In this document: positions 1 to 9,563 of the stretch, in pieces
How positions within the stretch are numbered: position 1 is the stretch's first letter
Layout of the letters: each line of letters starts with the position of its first letter
Translations under genes and position numbers: made by a program
Notes under the pieces: generated by a model
The model's input: the letters and a program-made list of their open reading frames with translations, nothing else
Database searches by the model: none
Told to the model about the DNA's origin: nothing
Assembly (NCBI GenBank): GCA_046582655.1
Contig: JAYGDX010000195.1
Location: 28,568 to 92,567 of the forward strand
DNA length: 64,000 bases
Direction: 5' to 3'
From: Candidatus Poribacteria bacterium
GTDB lineage: Bacteria > Poribacteria > WGA-4E > UBA9662

Positions 1-604
1 TAACAACAACATAATCCGATATTCTCAGTAGATGATGTAGTTGATCAATACCCCATAATTCCTCAACGTACTCTGGCTTGTCCATCGGATACATATCAAC
101 AGCAACGACACGCATGTCAAAAGCCGAAGCACGCTTTGCTAAAGCGCGACCAGTAGCGCCAAAACCGATGACACCTATAGTACTATAAGTTAGTTCGGAA
201 AGCTGACTACGTATCTCTCGAGCACACCAGTTTTTTTCTGATTGACCTAAAATGCTGCTTCGAATCCCCCGCGTAAAAGAAAAGATCATCCCCAATGCGC
301 TCTCCGCTACGCAAGCTGCATGGGTTCCACTAGCACTTGTCAACAAAACATCACTATCTTTTAATTCCGATATGGCCAAATAGTGGTTTATTCCCGAACT
401 TGGGGACTGAATCCACTTCAATTCTTCCGCTGCAAAAAAAACGCCTTTGTCCAACCAACCGAAGTAAACATCGGCATCAACGATTTCGTCGGCAAGTTTT
501 TGTCGATCACTACACTTCTCAAACTGCAACTGAGGAAATTTCCCCTGCAGATCAGGAATTGCATTTTCCAACCCAATGTGATTTGGTCCCACGAGAACCT
601 TCAT
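1..604 (-). CDS. D-2-hydroxyacid dehydrogenase (NAD-binding), runs off the window edge
   Basis: Not in the ORF track; my translation from ATG 604 gives MKVLVGPNHIG...KWIQSPSSGINH...VAESALGMIFSFTRG...TIGVIGFGATGRALAKRASAFDMRVVAVD. It has the Rossmann GxGxxG motif and a GGAAAGGGA RBS. Confidence 0.9.
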   Translation of the reverse strand, partial: MKVLVGPNHIGLENAIPDLQGKFPQLQFEKCSDRQKLADEIVDADVYFGWLDKGVFFAAEELKWIQSPSSGINHYLAISELKDSDVLLTSASGTHAACVAESALGMIFSFTRGIRSSILGQSEKNWCAREIRSQLSELTYSTIGVIGFGATGRALAKRASAFDMRVVAVDMYPMDKPEYVEELWGIDQLHHLLRISDYVVV

Positions 605-1054
605 AAAAATCCCTTTCCTAACAAGACTTCTTAATCATAGCCAAACTAAGACATCCATTATAAATCAACAAGACAATTGCAACAAAGTTTTACAAATACT
701 AGAAATGAGAATTTGATGAATCCCCAACAAGCAAACAAAAAATACAGAAGCTTTACCTTCTCAAAATACAGAGTCCCATCCAGCAAGACCTGAACAGGGT
801 TTTGCCAATCTCAGCATGAGAAATGAACGCTGATCATCATGCTAAAACACGGTCTTGTATGATTATTTAATCAGTAGAGGAAAGAAAATAACAACCTTGA
901 TGGGCCATTCTGTACGCAGAGAGCGAAAAAAGCGATGGGGAAAAACAACAAGATTTCTGACAATTCCACCAAAAAGAAAGGTTGGTGAAATGAATCGGGG
1001 TACGCAAAAAAGATTACTTCCCATGCAAAATTGAAAAAAACAAATACTACCAGA

Positions 1055-2371
1055 TTAAATCTGAATATTTTTAAGCAAACCTTTGATTATATTGCCACCG
1101 TTTACAACGCGAATCGGTCGTCCAACTCGTGACCAATTCTCCGAGTTATGATCGATACCGAAGGACGTGCAAAGAGATACAAACACATCTTGAACCGACA
1201 CTGGTTGATCAACAACTTTCATTCCATCTTCGCTTGTTGAACCAATTACCTGACCGCCGCGAATACCACCACCACCAAGAACCAACGACCAACCGTTCGC
1301 AAAGTGATCACGGCCTTCATTACTATTAATTTTAGGTGTCCGTCCAAATTCACCTAACCACATAACAATCGTCTTATCAAGCAGATCTCGATCTTCCAGA
1401 TCCCGGATTAACGTCGCAAAAGCGGGGTCAACGGTATTCATTAGGTTTCCAACTTGCTCGAAATTGTTGCTATGCGTATCCCATCCATCTAATGAGACCT
1501 CGACAAATTTCACACCGGATTCAACAAGTCGTCTGGCCATTAAACAACCTTGTCCAAAGCGATTCATGCCATAGGCTTCTCGTAAAGCAATCGGTTCCTC
1601 ATGCAATTCAAAAGCTTTTGTTTTCTCGGAATTGATCATCTTGTCAGCTTTTTCATATATTGCTTGATGCGCTTCCGTACTGCGACCAACCCGTTTCTTA
1701 AGAAAATCCTCCTGCAAGTCACCCATTAACATCAGACGTTGCTGAAACCTACGCTGATCCATTTGAACCGGATATTTAATGTCATCAATTGGCTCCATCG
1801 GATTATTAACTGTAAAAGGATCATGTTTGGCTTTCAGAAAGCCGCTGGTGAAACTTGGAGAATTAATACTAACGCAGTTTGGAAGTTCAAAATCCGGATT
1901 GCCTAAGTGATGTGACACGAGTGATCCAAAGGTCGGATGCTTGACAGAACTAGTCGGGGCATAACCGGTGTGAAGCAGATACCTTGCACGTTCGTGATTT
2001 CCCTCGCGTGAAACCATCGACCGAATTATTGATAGATGATGCGCTTGTTCGGAGACTTGTGGTAGCGTTTCGGCAAACTGTATCCCCTTTACACGGGTCT
2101 GGATTGCCTTGAACGGTCCACCGTTAGCAGTATCAGGCTTGGGGTCAAATGTGTCGAGCTGGCTAGGCCCACCATTCATAAAAAGAACAATACAGTGCTC
2201 TGCAGAGGCAACAATATGATCTGTCTGTGCAAACACAGGTAACTGCAGATGTTTTAAGGCTATCATACCTAAAAAGCTGTTCATTCCAAACTTAAGGAAG
2301 TTTCGTCTAGAAAGATCCTGGGGACACAAATCTTCCGAATGGTTTTCAATGTTCTCCGCTTTATTCTCCAT
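1055..2371 (-). CDS. DUF1501 family protein with twin-arginine signal
   Basis: SRRNFLK; LFMNGGPSQLDTFDPKP; FGQGCLMARRLVESGVKFVEV; GWDTH; GEFGRTPKIN...GRDH. Confidence 0.9.
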   Translation of the reverse strand: MENKAENIENHSEDLCPQDLSRRNFLKFGMNSFLGMIALKHLQLPVFAQTDHIVASAEHCIVLFMNGGPSQLDTFDPKPDTANGGPFKAIQTRVKGIQFAETLPQVSEQAHHLSIIRSMVSREGNHERARYLLHTGYAPTSSVKHPTFGSLVSHHLGNPDFELPNCVSINSPSFTSGFLKAKHDPFTVNNPMEPIDDIKYPVQMDQRRFQQRLMLMGDLQEDFLKKRVGRSTEAHQAIYEKADKMINSEKTKAFELHEEPIALREAYGMNRFGQGCLMARRLVESGVKFVEVSLDGWDTHSNNFEQVGNLMNTVDPAFATLIRDLEDRDLLDKTIVMWLGEFGRTPKINSNEGRDHFANGWSLVLGGGGIRGGQVIGSTSEDGMKVVDQPVSVQDVFVSLCTSFGIDHNSENWSRVGRPIRVVNGGNIIKGLLKNIQI

Positions 2372-2420
2372 TTCTATCCTCTTTTAGCCTGATACCTCTA
2401 CTATCACAGTATCACAGATA

Positions 2421-2449
2421 ATTATAACAAAAAAGCGATCCGAAATCAA
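2421..2449 (-). promoter_or_regulatory. Putative sigma70 promoter for DUF1501, overlapping the tRNA terminator
   Basis: Minus strand TTGATT(2449-2444)-N17-TATAAT(2426-2421) with an extended -10 TG. Confidence 0.55.
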
Positions 2450-2464
2450 TCGGACCGCTTTTTT
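2429..2464 (-). terminator. Rho-independent terminator after tRNA-Asn
   Basis: Minus strand GCGGTCCGA-TTGATT-TCGGATCGC-TTTTTT: 9-bp stem with one G-U pair and a U tract. Confidence 0.8.
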
Positions 2465-2470
2465 GCCAAG

Positions 2471-2543
2471 CTCCCCCGGACGGACTCGAACCGCCGACCT
2501 GGTGGTTAACAGCCACTCGCTCTACCGACTGAGCTACGGAGGA
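2471..2543 (-). tRNA. tRNA-Asn (GTT), CCA not encoded
   Basis: TCCTCCGTAGCTCAGTCGGTAGAGCGAGTGGCT-GTT-AACCACCAGGTCGGCGGTTCGAGTCCGTCCGGGGGAG folds as a cloverleaf with GTTCGA T-loop. Confidence 0.97.
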
Positions 2544-2566
2544 ATATTCTAATTTGGACAAATAAA

Positions 2567-2595
2567 ATTCTACTTAATCAATCCAAAGATTTCAA
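2567..2595 (-). promoter_or_regulatory. Putative sigma70 promoter of tRNA-Asn
   Basis: TTGAAA-N17-TAGAAT just upstream of the tRNA. Confidence 0.65.
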
Positions 2596-2631
2596 GAAAA
2601 TTCTTTCATTTTTTCGTATAACGTTTGTTAC

Positions 2632-3285
2632 TTATCCAAGGGGCGAAGCCATCAAAACAAATCTGACTCCAGATATCACTCTTCGTTCAACTCCTCCGAT
2701 GGTCTTCGTAACCAGCATTAGATCTTGGTCAACCTTTCCAACAGGTATTACTAGCCGGCCATCAACGCTAAGTTGATCAATCAGCATATTTGGGATAGCA
2801 GGAGGGGCAGCAGTTACGATGATGCGGTCATAAGGCGCATGATCTTCCCAACCGTGGTAACCATTACCAATTTTCGATTCAATATTCTTATATCCAAGTG
2901 AACTAAGAAGTTCCAACGCCCCATCGGCCAGTTTTTGAATAATCTCAACTGTATATACTTTATCGACAATTTCGGCTAAAACAGCAGTCTGATAACCACT
3001 ACCCGTACCAATCTCAAGAACCTTCGATTGAGATTCCAGTTCTAACAATTCCGTCATAAGAGCAACAATGTAGGGCTGAGAAATTGTCTGCTGGCAATCA
3101 ATTGGAGCAGCCCGATCGTGATACGATTTACTCCTCATATCTGACCTCATAAATAGATGACGTGGTATATTCAACATGGCATCCAACACTACTTGATCAT
3201 GAATACCCCGCTTCTGGATTTGTTTACGGATCATCCTTTTTCGGTGCTGCTCATAAACGGCAGGCGAAACATTATTCCAATTCAC
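2632..3285 (-). CDS. pcm: Protein-L-isoaspartate O-methyltransferase
   Basis: QTISQPYIVALMTELL; VLEIGTGSGYQTAVLA; APYDRIIVTAAP; GRLVIPVG. Confidence 0.95.
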   Translation of the reverse strand: MNWNNVSPAVYEQHRKRMIRKQIQKRGIHDQVVLDAMLNIPRHLFMRSDMRSKSYHDRAAPIDCQQTISQPYIVALMTELLELESQSKVLEIGTGSGYQTAVLAEIVDKVYTVEIIQKLADGALELLSSLGYKNIESKIGNGYHGWEDHAPYDRIIVTAAPPAIPNMLIDQLSVDGRLVIPVGKVDQDLMLVTKTIGGVERRVISGVRFVLMASPLG

Positions 3286-3305
3286 TACTAACAGTCCTCA
3301 TTTCC

Positions 3306-5666
3306 TCAATCCAGAATATGCAAATTGTACGATGTCATTAAGAAAACTCGATCTTGACTTAACTGCTGTGAAATTTGCCTCCTTCTAGCATTAATATCCG
3401 AAATACCCAGATCGAAAGCTACTATGTTATTTAAAAGACTATATAGCCAAGTTGCCTGAGGCAAAGATACGAGTTCAACTTGCTGACTCACCAATCCCGC
3501 TTCCTTTCGTGCAACTGACAAAGCGAGATCCAAACCGCCCAATTGATCAACTAACCCAATCTCATGCGCCTGACGACCTGTCCATACACGACCACGTGCG
3601 ACTTGATCTACCTCTTCTTTGGTCATTCCGCGACCGTTTGCAACTTTGGCAACAAAACTGTCGTAAATTTCCTCAACTGATGCTCTCATGACCTGTTGAT
3701 GTGTTTCAGAGTAATCGCTGTAATCGCTATAAAAGTCTGCATTTTTACCACGCTTAATAATCTCTTTGTTGATACCAATCTTTTCATACAATCTTTTCAA
3801 ATTCAACCTGCCGGTAAAAACACCAATTGATCCCGTAATCGTACTCGGCTCAGCAATAATCTGGTCAGCCAGCGTGGCGATATAATATCCACCTGATGCC
3901 GCTATGTCTCCCATTGATACAATGAGAGGTTTCCCGTCCTGTTTTAGGAGTTGCAATTCTCGCCAGATTTCATCCGCTGCCAACACAAATCCACCACCAC
4001 TATCAATCCGCAGAACAACAGCTTTAATAGAATTATCCTCCCTAACCGACCTGATTGCTTCTGCAATCGTATCAGATCCCATAAACACGCCACCCGTGAA
4101 GGGATTTGCAAAACTTTTACCTGTTATCATGTCACCAACGGCATAAATAATGGCAATCTTTGAAGCACTAACTTTCCAGTTATAATCATGGTAGGCTTGA
4201 CTAAAATAACGATCACCTTTTACCAAATCCGACTTTTTACTATCGATCAGTTCTTCGATTTCATCTTCGTAAATAAGTTGGTCTACAAGATTATTCTCCA
4301 ATGCTTGTTTAGCCGTAAAAGGTCCTTGATTAATTAAGTCTTCAACCTGCTCCGGAGTCCAATTGCGTCCTTCTGCAATCATCCGTATAATTTGGTCATA
4401 AATATCATCAATTAAACTATTGGTCTGTTCACGATAAACTTCTGACATTTCAGAACGGGTAAACCTTTCAGTTGCCGACTTGTATTCTCCAATCCGCTCG
4501 AAATCACTATGAACGCCCAATTGATCCATAAGAGTCTTTAAAAACGTCAGTTCACTTCGCACACCAATCAAATCTACAGTTCCCAAGGGATGAAGGAAAA
4601 TTTGGCTAGATACTGAAGCCAGCATATAGGCTCCCGTTGAACAGATCTTACCGTAACAAATAACCTCTTTGCCTGCGTCTCCAAACTGTTTAAGTAGGTT
4701 TCGGCGCTCCTGCATCTGTGCAACTCCAACATCACTCCCACCAATTCGAACCAAAACGCCAACAACGGATTGATCATCCTTGGCAGTTTGCAATGAATAA
4801 TCTATTTCGCTCATTTCTATATCAAGAAAAATCTTACGTCTTGGTCTCGTTCGGCTCGGCTGCGAAATGCGAAATTCTCCAACGCCAGTTTTTAATTTCT
4901 TATTTGGTGAAAATGCCCGGAAAGCACCTAATCCCATATAGCCTAGATTGACGCCAAATCGAATATCGAAACTCTTATCATTCCAATAACCAGTACGAAA
5001 AGTTAAGAAATCTATTGGCCGAATATCTAAACCGTAACGGATACCAATACCACCTGCATCCTCTACTTTTCTTAAATCTAACGAAAACGTAATGCGAGAG
5101 GTATTTGGACGTATAGCTATTCCAAAATCATAGGTCCGGCCACCAACTAACGCAGGACGATTTAAATCACGTGCAACGGTACCAATCGATAAATTACTTC
5201 GTCGAAACATCAATCCCAGTGACCACGACGAGAAATTGTCGTAATTCTGATAATTAGATCTATCATAGTCAGTCAAGTTTGCGTTAATCCAACTATAACT
5301 TGTACCTAAGTACAGTGATCCAAGCAACCGAGTGCCATTAGTAACTGTATAGCGTTTGAATGAAACACCATTTCCTGTCTCAATAAATTCCAATCCCAAG
5401 CCGGATTTTGCCGTTGCTAAAAAAAGCGCATCGTCTCCCCTTGAATCCCCATCGTAGGTACGTAAGTAACACAAATCAATACCACTAAGAGGGGCTACTC
5501 CCGCAGGATTGAAAAAAGTTGCCAGTGCTCCATCACTAGTAGCAACTGAATTTGACGGCAACTGTGTCATTTTCTTTACTGCACCTACAGTTGAAGCCAA
5601 CAAGATCATCATTGCGAATGACAGAATGAGAATATAGATTTTTGGTTTGTGCACTTTATAAATCAT
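3306..5666 (-). CDS. sppA: Signal peptide peptidase SppA (S49, tandem domains) with N-terminal beta-rich region
   Basis: GEYKSATERF; AVVLRIDSGGG; VSMGDIAASGGYYIA; TITGSIGV; GRVWTGRQA. The N-terminal ~270 aa are beta-strand rich with an FFNPAG motif. Confidence 0.92.
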   Translation of the reverse strand: MIYKVHKPKIYILILSFAMMILLASTVGAVKKMTQLPSNSVATSDGALATFFNPAGVAPLSGIDLCYLRTYDGDSRGDDALFLATAKSGLGLEFIETGNGVSFKRYTVTNGTRLLGSLYLGTSYSWINANLTDYDRSNYQNYDNFSSWSLGLMFRRSNLSIGTVARDLNRPALVGGRTYDFGIAIRPNTSRITFSLDLRKVEDAGGIGIRYGLDIRPIDFLTFRTGYWNDKSFDIRFGVNLGYMGLGAFRAFSPNKKLKTGVGEFRISQPSRTRPRRKIFLDIEMSEIDYSLQTAKDDQSVVGVLVRIGGSDVGVAQMQERRNLLKQFGDAGKEVICYGKICSTGAYMLASVSSQIFLHPLGTVDLIGVRSELTFLKTLMDQLGVHSDFERIGEYKSATERFTRSEMSEVYREQTNSLIDDIYDQIIRMIAEGRNWTPEQVEDLINQGPFTAKQALENNLVDQLIYEDEIEELIDSKKSDLVKGDRYFSQAYHDYNWKVSASKIAIIYAVGDMITGKSFANPFTGGVFMGSDTIAEAIRSVREDNSIKAVVLRIDSGGGFVLAADEIWRELQLLKQDGKPLIVSMGDIAASGGYYIATLADQIIAEPSTITGSIGVFTGRLNLKRLYEKIGINKEIIKRGKNADFYSDYSDYSETHQQVMRASVEEIYDSFVAKVANGRGMTKEEVDQVARGRVWTGRQAHEIGLVDQLGGLDLALSVARKEAGLVSQQVELVSLPQATWLYSLLNNIVAFDLGISDINARRRQISQQLSQDRVFLMTSYNLHILD

Positions 5667-6649
5667 TATATATCCAATACTGCCTCAACCCCAATTTTTC
5701 CAATTGATCCGCCGCTCGCCACCATCGGATAAATTGGTTGGGACCAAAAAACACCGTCTGCCGGTGAATGAATTACTTCACGCAGGTTACCAAACACATC
5801 ATGAATCTCCGCGATCGGTTGGCCGGTTTCAATATAATCTGTCAATGTAACCTGATAGCGAACAAAGCCACCATGATTGCTCACAACCGGAACAAATTGG
5901 TGTGCAACAAACTGCTCTGAAGGAATCTCCGGTTCACCATCAATGAAATCATAAGTTTTCAATATATTCAGTATCCCACGAATTCCCTTTGAAATACTCA
6001 GATGATTCCAACCATGACAGCCACCTAACTCTGGATCGATTGTTGGAATCCCAATATCTGGAGCAACTTGTGCCAGTTGTCCCTTCGGCCCTTTTTGATC
6101 AAGAATATATCCGATACCAAAAGCCCTTGCGAGTTTAAGACACGCTTCATGAAGCGGATGATCATGACTAACTCTCACTCTGACCTCATCAATCATCGGC
6201 TTAACCCCACTTTGATGTAAATCTATACAAACATCTGCTTGTTTTACAGCATTATTAAACAAATAATGGGCGATTCGTTCGCTTGAAGTTCCATTGGCTT
6301 TACCTGGAAAACATCTATTCATTTTCAGGTTGTCGACAGGACTGTAAGCCTGTTTCGCGTGAAAAGCGTGAAAATTAACAATCGGAATCGCAATAACTTT
6401 CCCACGTAAAATATCAGGAGATACTTGACGTAGAACTTCATGGATAACAGCTATTCCATTCAGCTCATCACCATCACTTACCGCTTGAAGATAAATCGTC
6501 TTTCCATCAGCTACCCCATTAATCAAAACAGCAGGCAATCCTATAGATGTTCCATCCTGCATTTCACCAACTGGAATTTTTCCCTCAGTTCTTTCCCCTG
6601 GTAATGCTTGTAATTCACCAACAGTAATTGATTTTTGATTGTGTCCCAA
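5666..6649 (-). CDS. Succinylglutamate desuccinylase/aspartoacylase (M14-like) family protein
   Basis: DGDELNG, MNRCFPG, IDLHQSG, PELGG and a C-terminal biotinyl-like domain. Start moved to TTG 6649 (GGAG RBS) because the track start at 6673 lies upstream of the predicted TSS. Confidence 0.85.
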   Translation of the reverse strand: MGHNQKSITVGELQALPGERTEGKIPVGEMQDGTSIGLPAVLINGVADGKTIYLQAVSDGDELNGIAVIHEVLRQVSPDILRGKVIAIPIVNFHAFHAKQAYSPVDNLKMNRCFPGKANGTSSERIAHYLFNNAVKQADVCIDLHQSGVKPMIDEVRVRVSHDHPLHEACLKLARAFGIGYILDQKGPKGQLAQVAPDIGIPTIDPELGGCHGWNHLSISKGIRGILNILKTYDFIDGEPEIPSEQFVAHQFVPVVSNHGGFVRYQVTLTDYIETGQPIAEIHDVFGNLREVIHSPADGVFWSQPIYPMVASGGSIGKIGVEAVLDI

Positions 6650-6674
6650 GATCCCACTCCCATAGATTGGCAAA

Positions 6675-6703
6675 ATTATACTCTTGGGTGTCTATGATGT
6701 CAA
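6675..6703 (-). promoter_or_regulatory. Perfect-consensus sigma70 promoter for the astE-like/sppA/pcm genes
   Basis: TTGACA(6703-6698)-N17-TATAAT(6680-6675). Confidence 0.85.
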
Positions 6704-6881
6704 TTTAGGCTATTTTTGACCGAAACCTTGCTTTTATTAGATCCGTTGGTCGGCGCGGAATATCTTTGATTTTCTCTGTTTTGAAGGTGTTACCAGAATT
6801 GAGATGTGAACTGTTCTAGCAAGAAAAAACGGGAAAATTACGGTAGCTCCGATGAAATGGGCTGAGACAATTAAGGATGAC

Positions 6882-7292
6882 TCAAAAAGTTAATCCAATC
6901 TTATTAAGCAAAAAAATTATGTTTTTTCTAGCGATCTGCCGATAGTTTGGCTTTAAAGAAGGCGAAGGAACAACGGTTACATGATCACTTTGTACCCAGC
7001 CTACAATATTTGTTTTAACCCTGACTTGAATCCAATCAGATTTTATTTGCATAATTTCCAGTTTCGTTCCCTCATGGGCTTGAGCAAATGGAACAGAGTC
7101 TAAGGTGGGTCTTCTACGAATTATAGACTTATCGTTAAAAAGAAGTTGGGAGATAGGATCTTGTTCTTTTAAAGTAGGAGCTGTGAAAATATAGGATAGA
7201 ACCAAAGCGGAGAGACTTAAAACCGTAAGCATCCCAATAAAGGGAAATGATTTCTGTTTTAAAACTCGCTCTTCTTCAAACGAATTCGGCAT
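6882..7292 (-). CDS. Membrane-anchored bacterial SH3 domain protein
   Basis: N-terminal TM helix, then IRRRPTLDS...GTKLEIM...DWIQVRVKTNIVGWVQSDHV (SH3b pattern). Confidence 0.75.
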   Translation of the reverse strand: MPNSFEEERVLKQKSFPFIGMLTVLSLSALVLSYIFTAPTLKEQDPISQLLFNDKSIIRRRPTLDSVPFAQAHEGTKLEIMQIKSDWIQVRVKTNIVGWVQSDHVTVVPSPSLKPNYRQIARKNIIFLLNKIGLTF

Positions 7293-7297
7293 GAAAA

Positions 7298-8212
7298 TTA
7301 TCTTTTGGTAATTTTCACTATATCGTCAACAATGAAGTGTCCAGACGCATTTGGCTCAACTGAAAGCAAAATCGTTTTGCCTTTGATGTCAGCAACAATC
7401 GCATTGGCACGCTTTTCCTTGCCGAGAACTACTAATTCGCCAGTAACCGGATGAATAATTTCCTTTGGAGTTTTGATCAATATAATTGCATTCCCCACAG
7501 AAACTTGATCGAACGCGGTCATCGAAAACATATTCCCATTGATAGAAAGAACTTTAGCGTTCTCGGTTACAACCTGTTCTGCTAGAATTTCAACTATTTC
7601 TTTTTCCAATACTGGTGGTCGGCGAACACGGTCGTGCACTTCAATTGCCAGCTGTACACCTCTGTCGTCTTCCCCTGAATCAACCATTTTAATTTCAAAG
7701 TGCGATAGATACATAACAGACGTAGACTCATACACTTCTACCACTAAACCGTATCCCAAAGATCCTCCAATGGGATAGCGCACGTCTGAGATCGCATCGT
7801 AAAGGCCCTTCGGACGGTAGATTTCAAGTAGCATTCCACGTTGAACACCATCTTTAGCACCAATATTAATGTGGGCTTTTCGTTTATCGACACTTAACAC
7901 GAATCCGTCTTCTGGAACTGCTTCGGGTACTTCAGCATCTGCACTTTTTGATGATACTGGAGTTAATATCCCTGTATCGTCGGTTTGATTTGATGTATTA
8001 GCAGACGAAGCCAGTAAGGCATAATAAAAAACTGATAATGTACGAAAAATTTGAGAAGCTGCATTGTTAACATAGGAAGCAGTTGTAACAAACTCTCTAC
8101 TCGACAGAGCGTTATCTGCTGCCGGTTGGTCCACCGCAACTGCAAAAACCGGCACAAACACGCAAAATATAGCAATAGCAGTTAGATTTTTCAATAGTAA
8201 TTCCTTGATCAA
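7298..8212 (-). CDS. Secreted protein with two FlgT C-terminal-like domains
   Basis: Signal peptide; GFVLSVDKRKAHINIGAKDGVQRGMLLEIYR and AKVLSINGN...KEIIHPVTGELVVLG match the FlgT_C pattern. Confidence 0.55.
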   Translation of the reverse strand: MIKELLLKNLTAIAIFCVFVPVFAVAVDQPAADNALSSREFVTTASYVNNAASQIFRTLSVFYYALLASSANTSNQTDDTGILTPVSSKSADAEVPEAVPEDGFVLSVDKRKAHINIGAKDGVQRGMLLEIYRPKGLYDAISDVRYPIGGSLGYGLVVEVYESTSVMYLSHFEIKMVDSGEDDRGVQLAIEVHDRVRRPPVLEKEIVEILAEQVVTENAKVLSINGNMFSMTAFDQVSVGNAIILIKTPKEIIHPVTGELVVLGKEKRANAIVADIKGKTILLSVEPNASGHFIVDDIVKITKR

Positions 8213-8228
8213 TGATCTGTAGTCAAAA

Positions 8229-8963
8229 CTACCAACTCATTTGAAGCATCGAAACATAAGGAGCAGAATCGATATCGGAATACGCAATCGGTATATCATC
8301 CACAGGATCATTGTTAATCAATAGCAAAACAGTGCCAAGCGTAACACCGGCAATCGACGCACCAACTAAAATTTTGCTGTTTCTATCAAGTCTCTTGGTA
8401 CGGTTTTCAAAAAGTCGTTTGTCTTCCTCCACACGTGATAGCTTATATAAATCATATGCATTGTTGGCACGTTGATGCGAATAAGCGGCAGTGATTCCCA
8501 AACTAACTCCAGTTGAAAAAATTAGCCAAGCCGGCGCCTTATTGCTCCTTCGAACTGGTGGTCTGTAAGACTCCACTAGTTTTTTCTTAGACAGAATTTG
8601 CGTCAGGAAATTATCGCTGCTTGCCTTTTCATCGTCTTTTAAAGCAACGATATCTTTAAGTGCAATAATTTTATGAGTGACTTCAATTTGCTTGCCTAAC
8701 TGAAGATCGACAACTTTTGCTACCGCTCCTTGCATAAAGAGCTGAACAATTTTTATATCGCCAACATAATCCAATCTGCCATTGATATCTTCATAAACTC
8801 GATAGATTGCATCAAGCTTTGCTCCATTGTCCGTTCCAACATCAATATAAATCCGAGAACCTTCGACAAGCAAAACATAGCCATGATCAGCAATAGAAGC
8901 GTGACTGAAAATCAAGACAAAAATGAAAAATAGCAGTATTACCGCCTGTGATTGCTTAATCAT
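8229..8963 (-). CDS. Secreted/membrane protein with an N-terminal FlgT C-terminal-like domain and two C-terminal hydrophobic helices
   Basis: GYVLLVEGSRIYIDVGTDNGAKLDAIYRVY...VGDIKIVQL; hydrophobic hairpin flanking ANNAYDLY. Confidence 0.5.
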   Translation of the reverse strand: MIKQSQAVILLFFIFVLIFSHASIADHGYVLLVEGSRIYIDVGTDNGAKLDAIYRVYEDINGRLDYVGDIKIVQLFMQGAVAKVVDLQLGKQIEVTHKIIALKDIVALKDDEKASSDNFLTQILSKKKLVESYRPPVRRSNKAPAWLIFSTGVSLGITAAYSHQRANNAYDLYKLSRVEEDKRLFENRTKRLDRNSKILVGASIAGVTLGTVLLLINNDPVDDIPIAYSDIDSAPYVSMLQMSW

Positions 8964-9544
8964 TGAACGAGTTCAAGAAGATCCTTTTTGGGAATCATAC
9001 CCAAGATCCCCTTATGTTTTTCTAGGTGAATCTTGACTTGGTTCAGCTTTTTCTCGTTTGCTTCAGACTCCTTTTTAAAAGACTGAGCTTGTTTTCGAAA
9101 CTTACCCATTCTTTCCTCGATTTTTCCAGCTCGATCCGCTTCACTTTTTTGAAGGTTCGTTGAATCCTGCAACCTTGAGGCTAAGCTTTCCATAATCCGC
9201 ACCGCGATTTCAGGAGTATCTTGAACAATTGACTCTAACCCTCCCGTGTAAACATAAACTTTACACTCAATAGGATCGCCCCTCTCATCGAAGTCCTCCA
9301 GTGTTTTAATCGACGCGGTTCGAGGAACCCCGAGAATCTCCGACATTTCACCTAGAATCGCGCCAATAGCTGGGGGGGCTGTAATCTCGGCAACCTGCTC
9401 AGGACCTTTGAAGACACCCAAAGTACCCTCGTGTAAAATAAAAATAGACCCATCACCATCCGTATCTTCTTGGATCAGAATTTGATCCGGTTCGTATATA
9501 CGAAGATTAGGATCACTTGATGACACAGCATATCCGTCTGGCAT
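8960..9544 (-). CDS. Cyclic nucleotide-binding domain protein with C-terminal coiled coil (no HTH)
   Basis: YEPDQILIQE...IFILHEGTLGVFK...LGEMSEILGVPRTASIKT is a cNMP phosphate-binding cassette. Confidence 0.8.
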   Translation of the reverse strand: MPDGYAVSSSDPNLRIYEPDQILIQEDTDGDGSIFILHEGTLGVFKGPEQVAEITAPPAIGAILGEMSEILGVPRTASIKTLEDFDERGDPIECKVYVYTGGLESIVQDTPEIAVRIMESLASRLQDSTNLQKSEADRAGKIEERMGKFRKQAQSFKKESEANEKKLNQVKIHLEKHKGILGMIPKKDLLELVQ

Positions 9545-9563
9545 GTTTTACACCTCCATCATT

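Noticed and set aside
2471..2543. tRNA-Asn as an island integration site
   Set aside because: No integrase and no duplicated tRNA 3' end was seen in the window.
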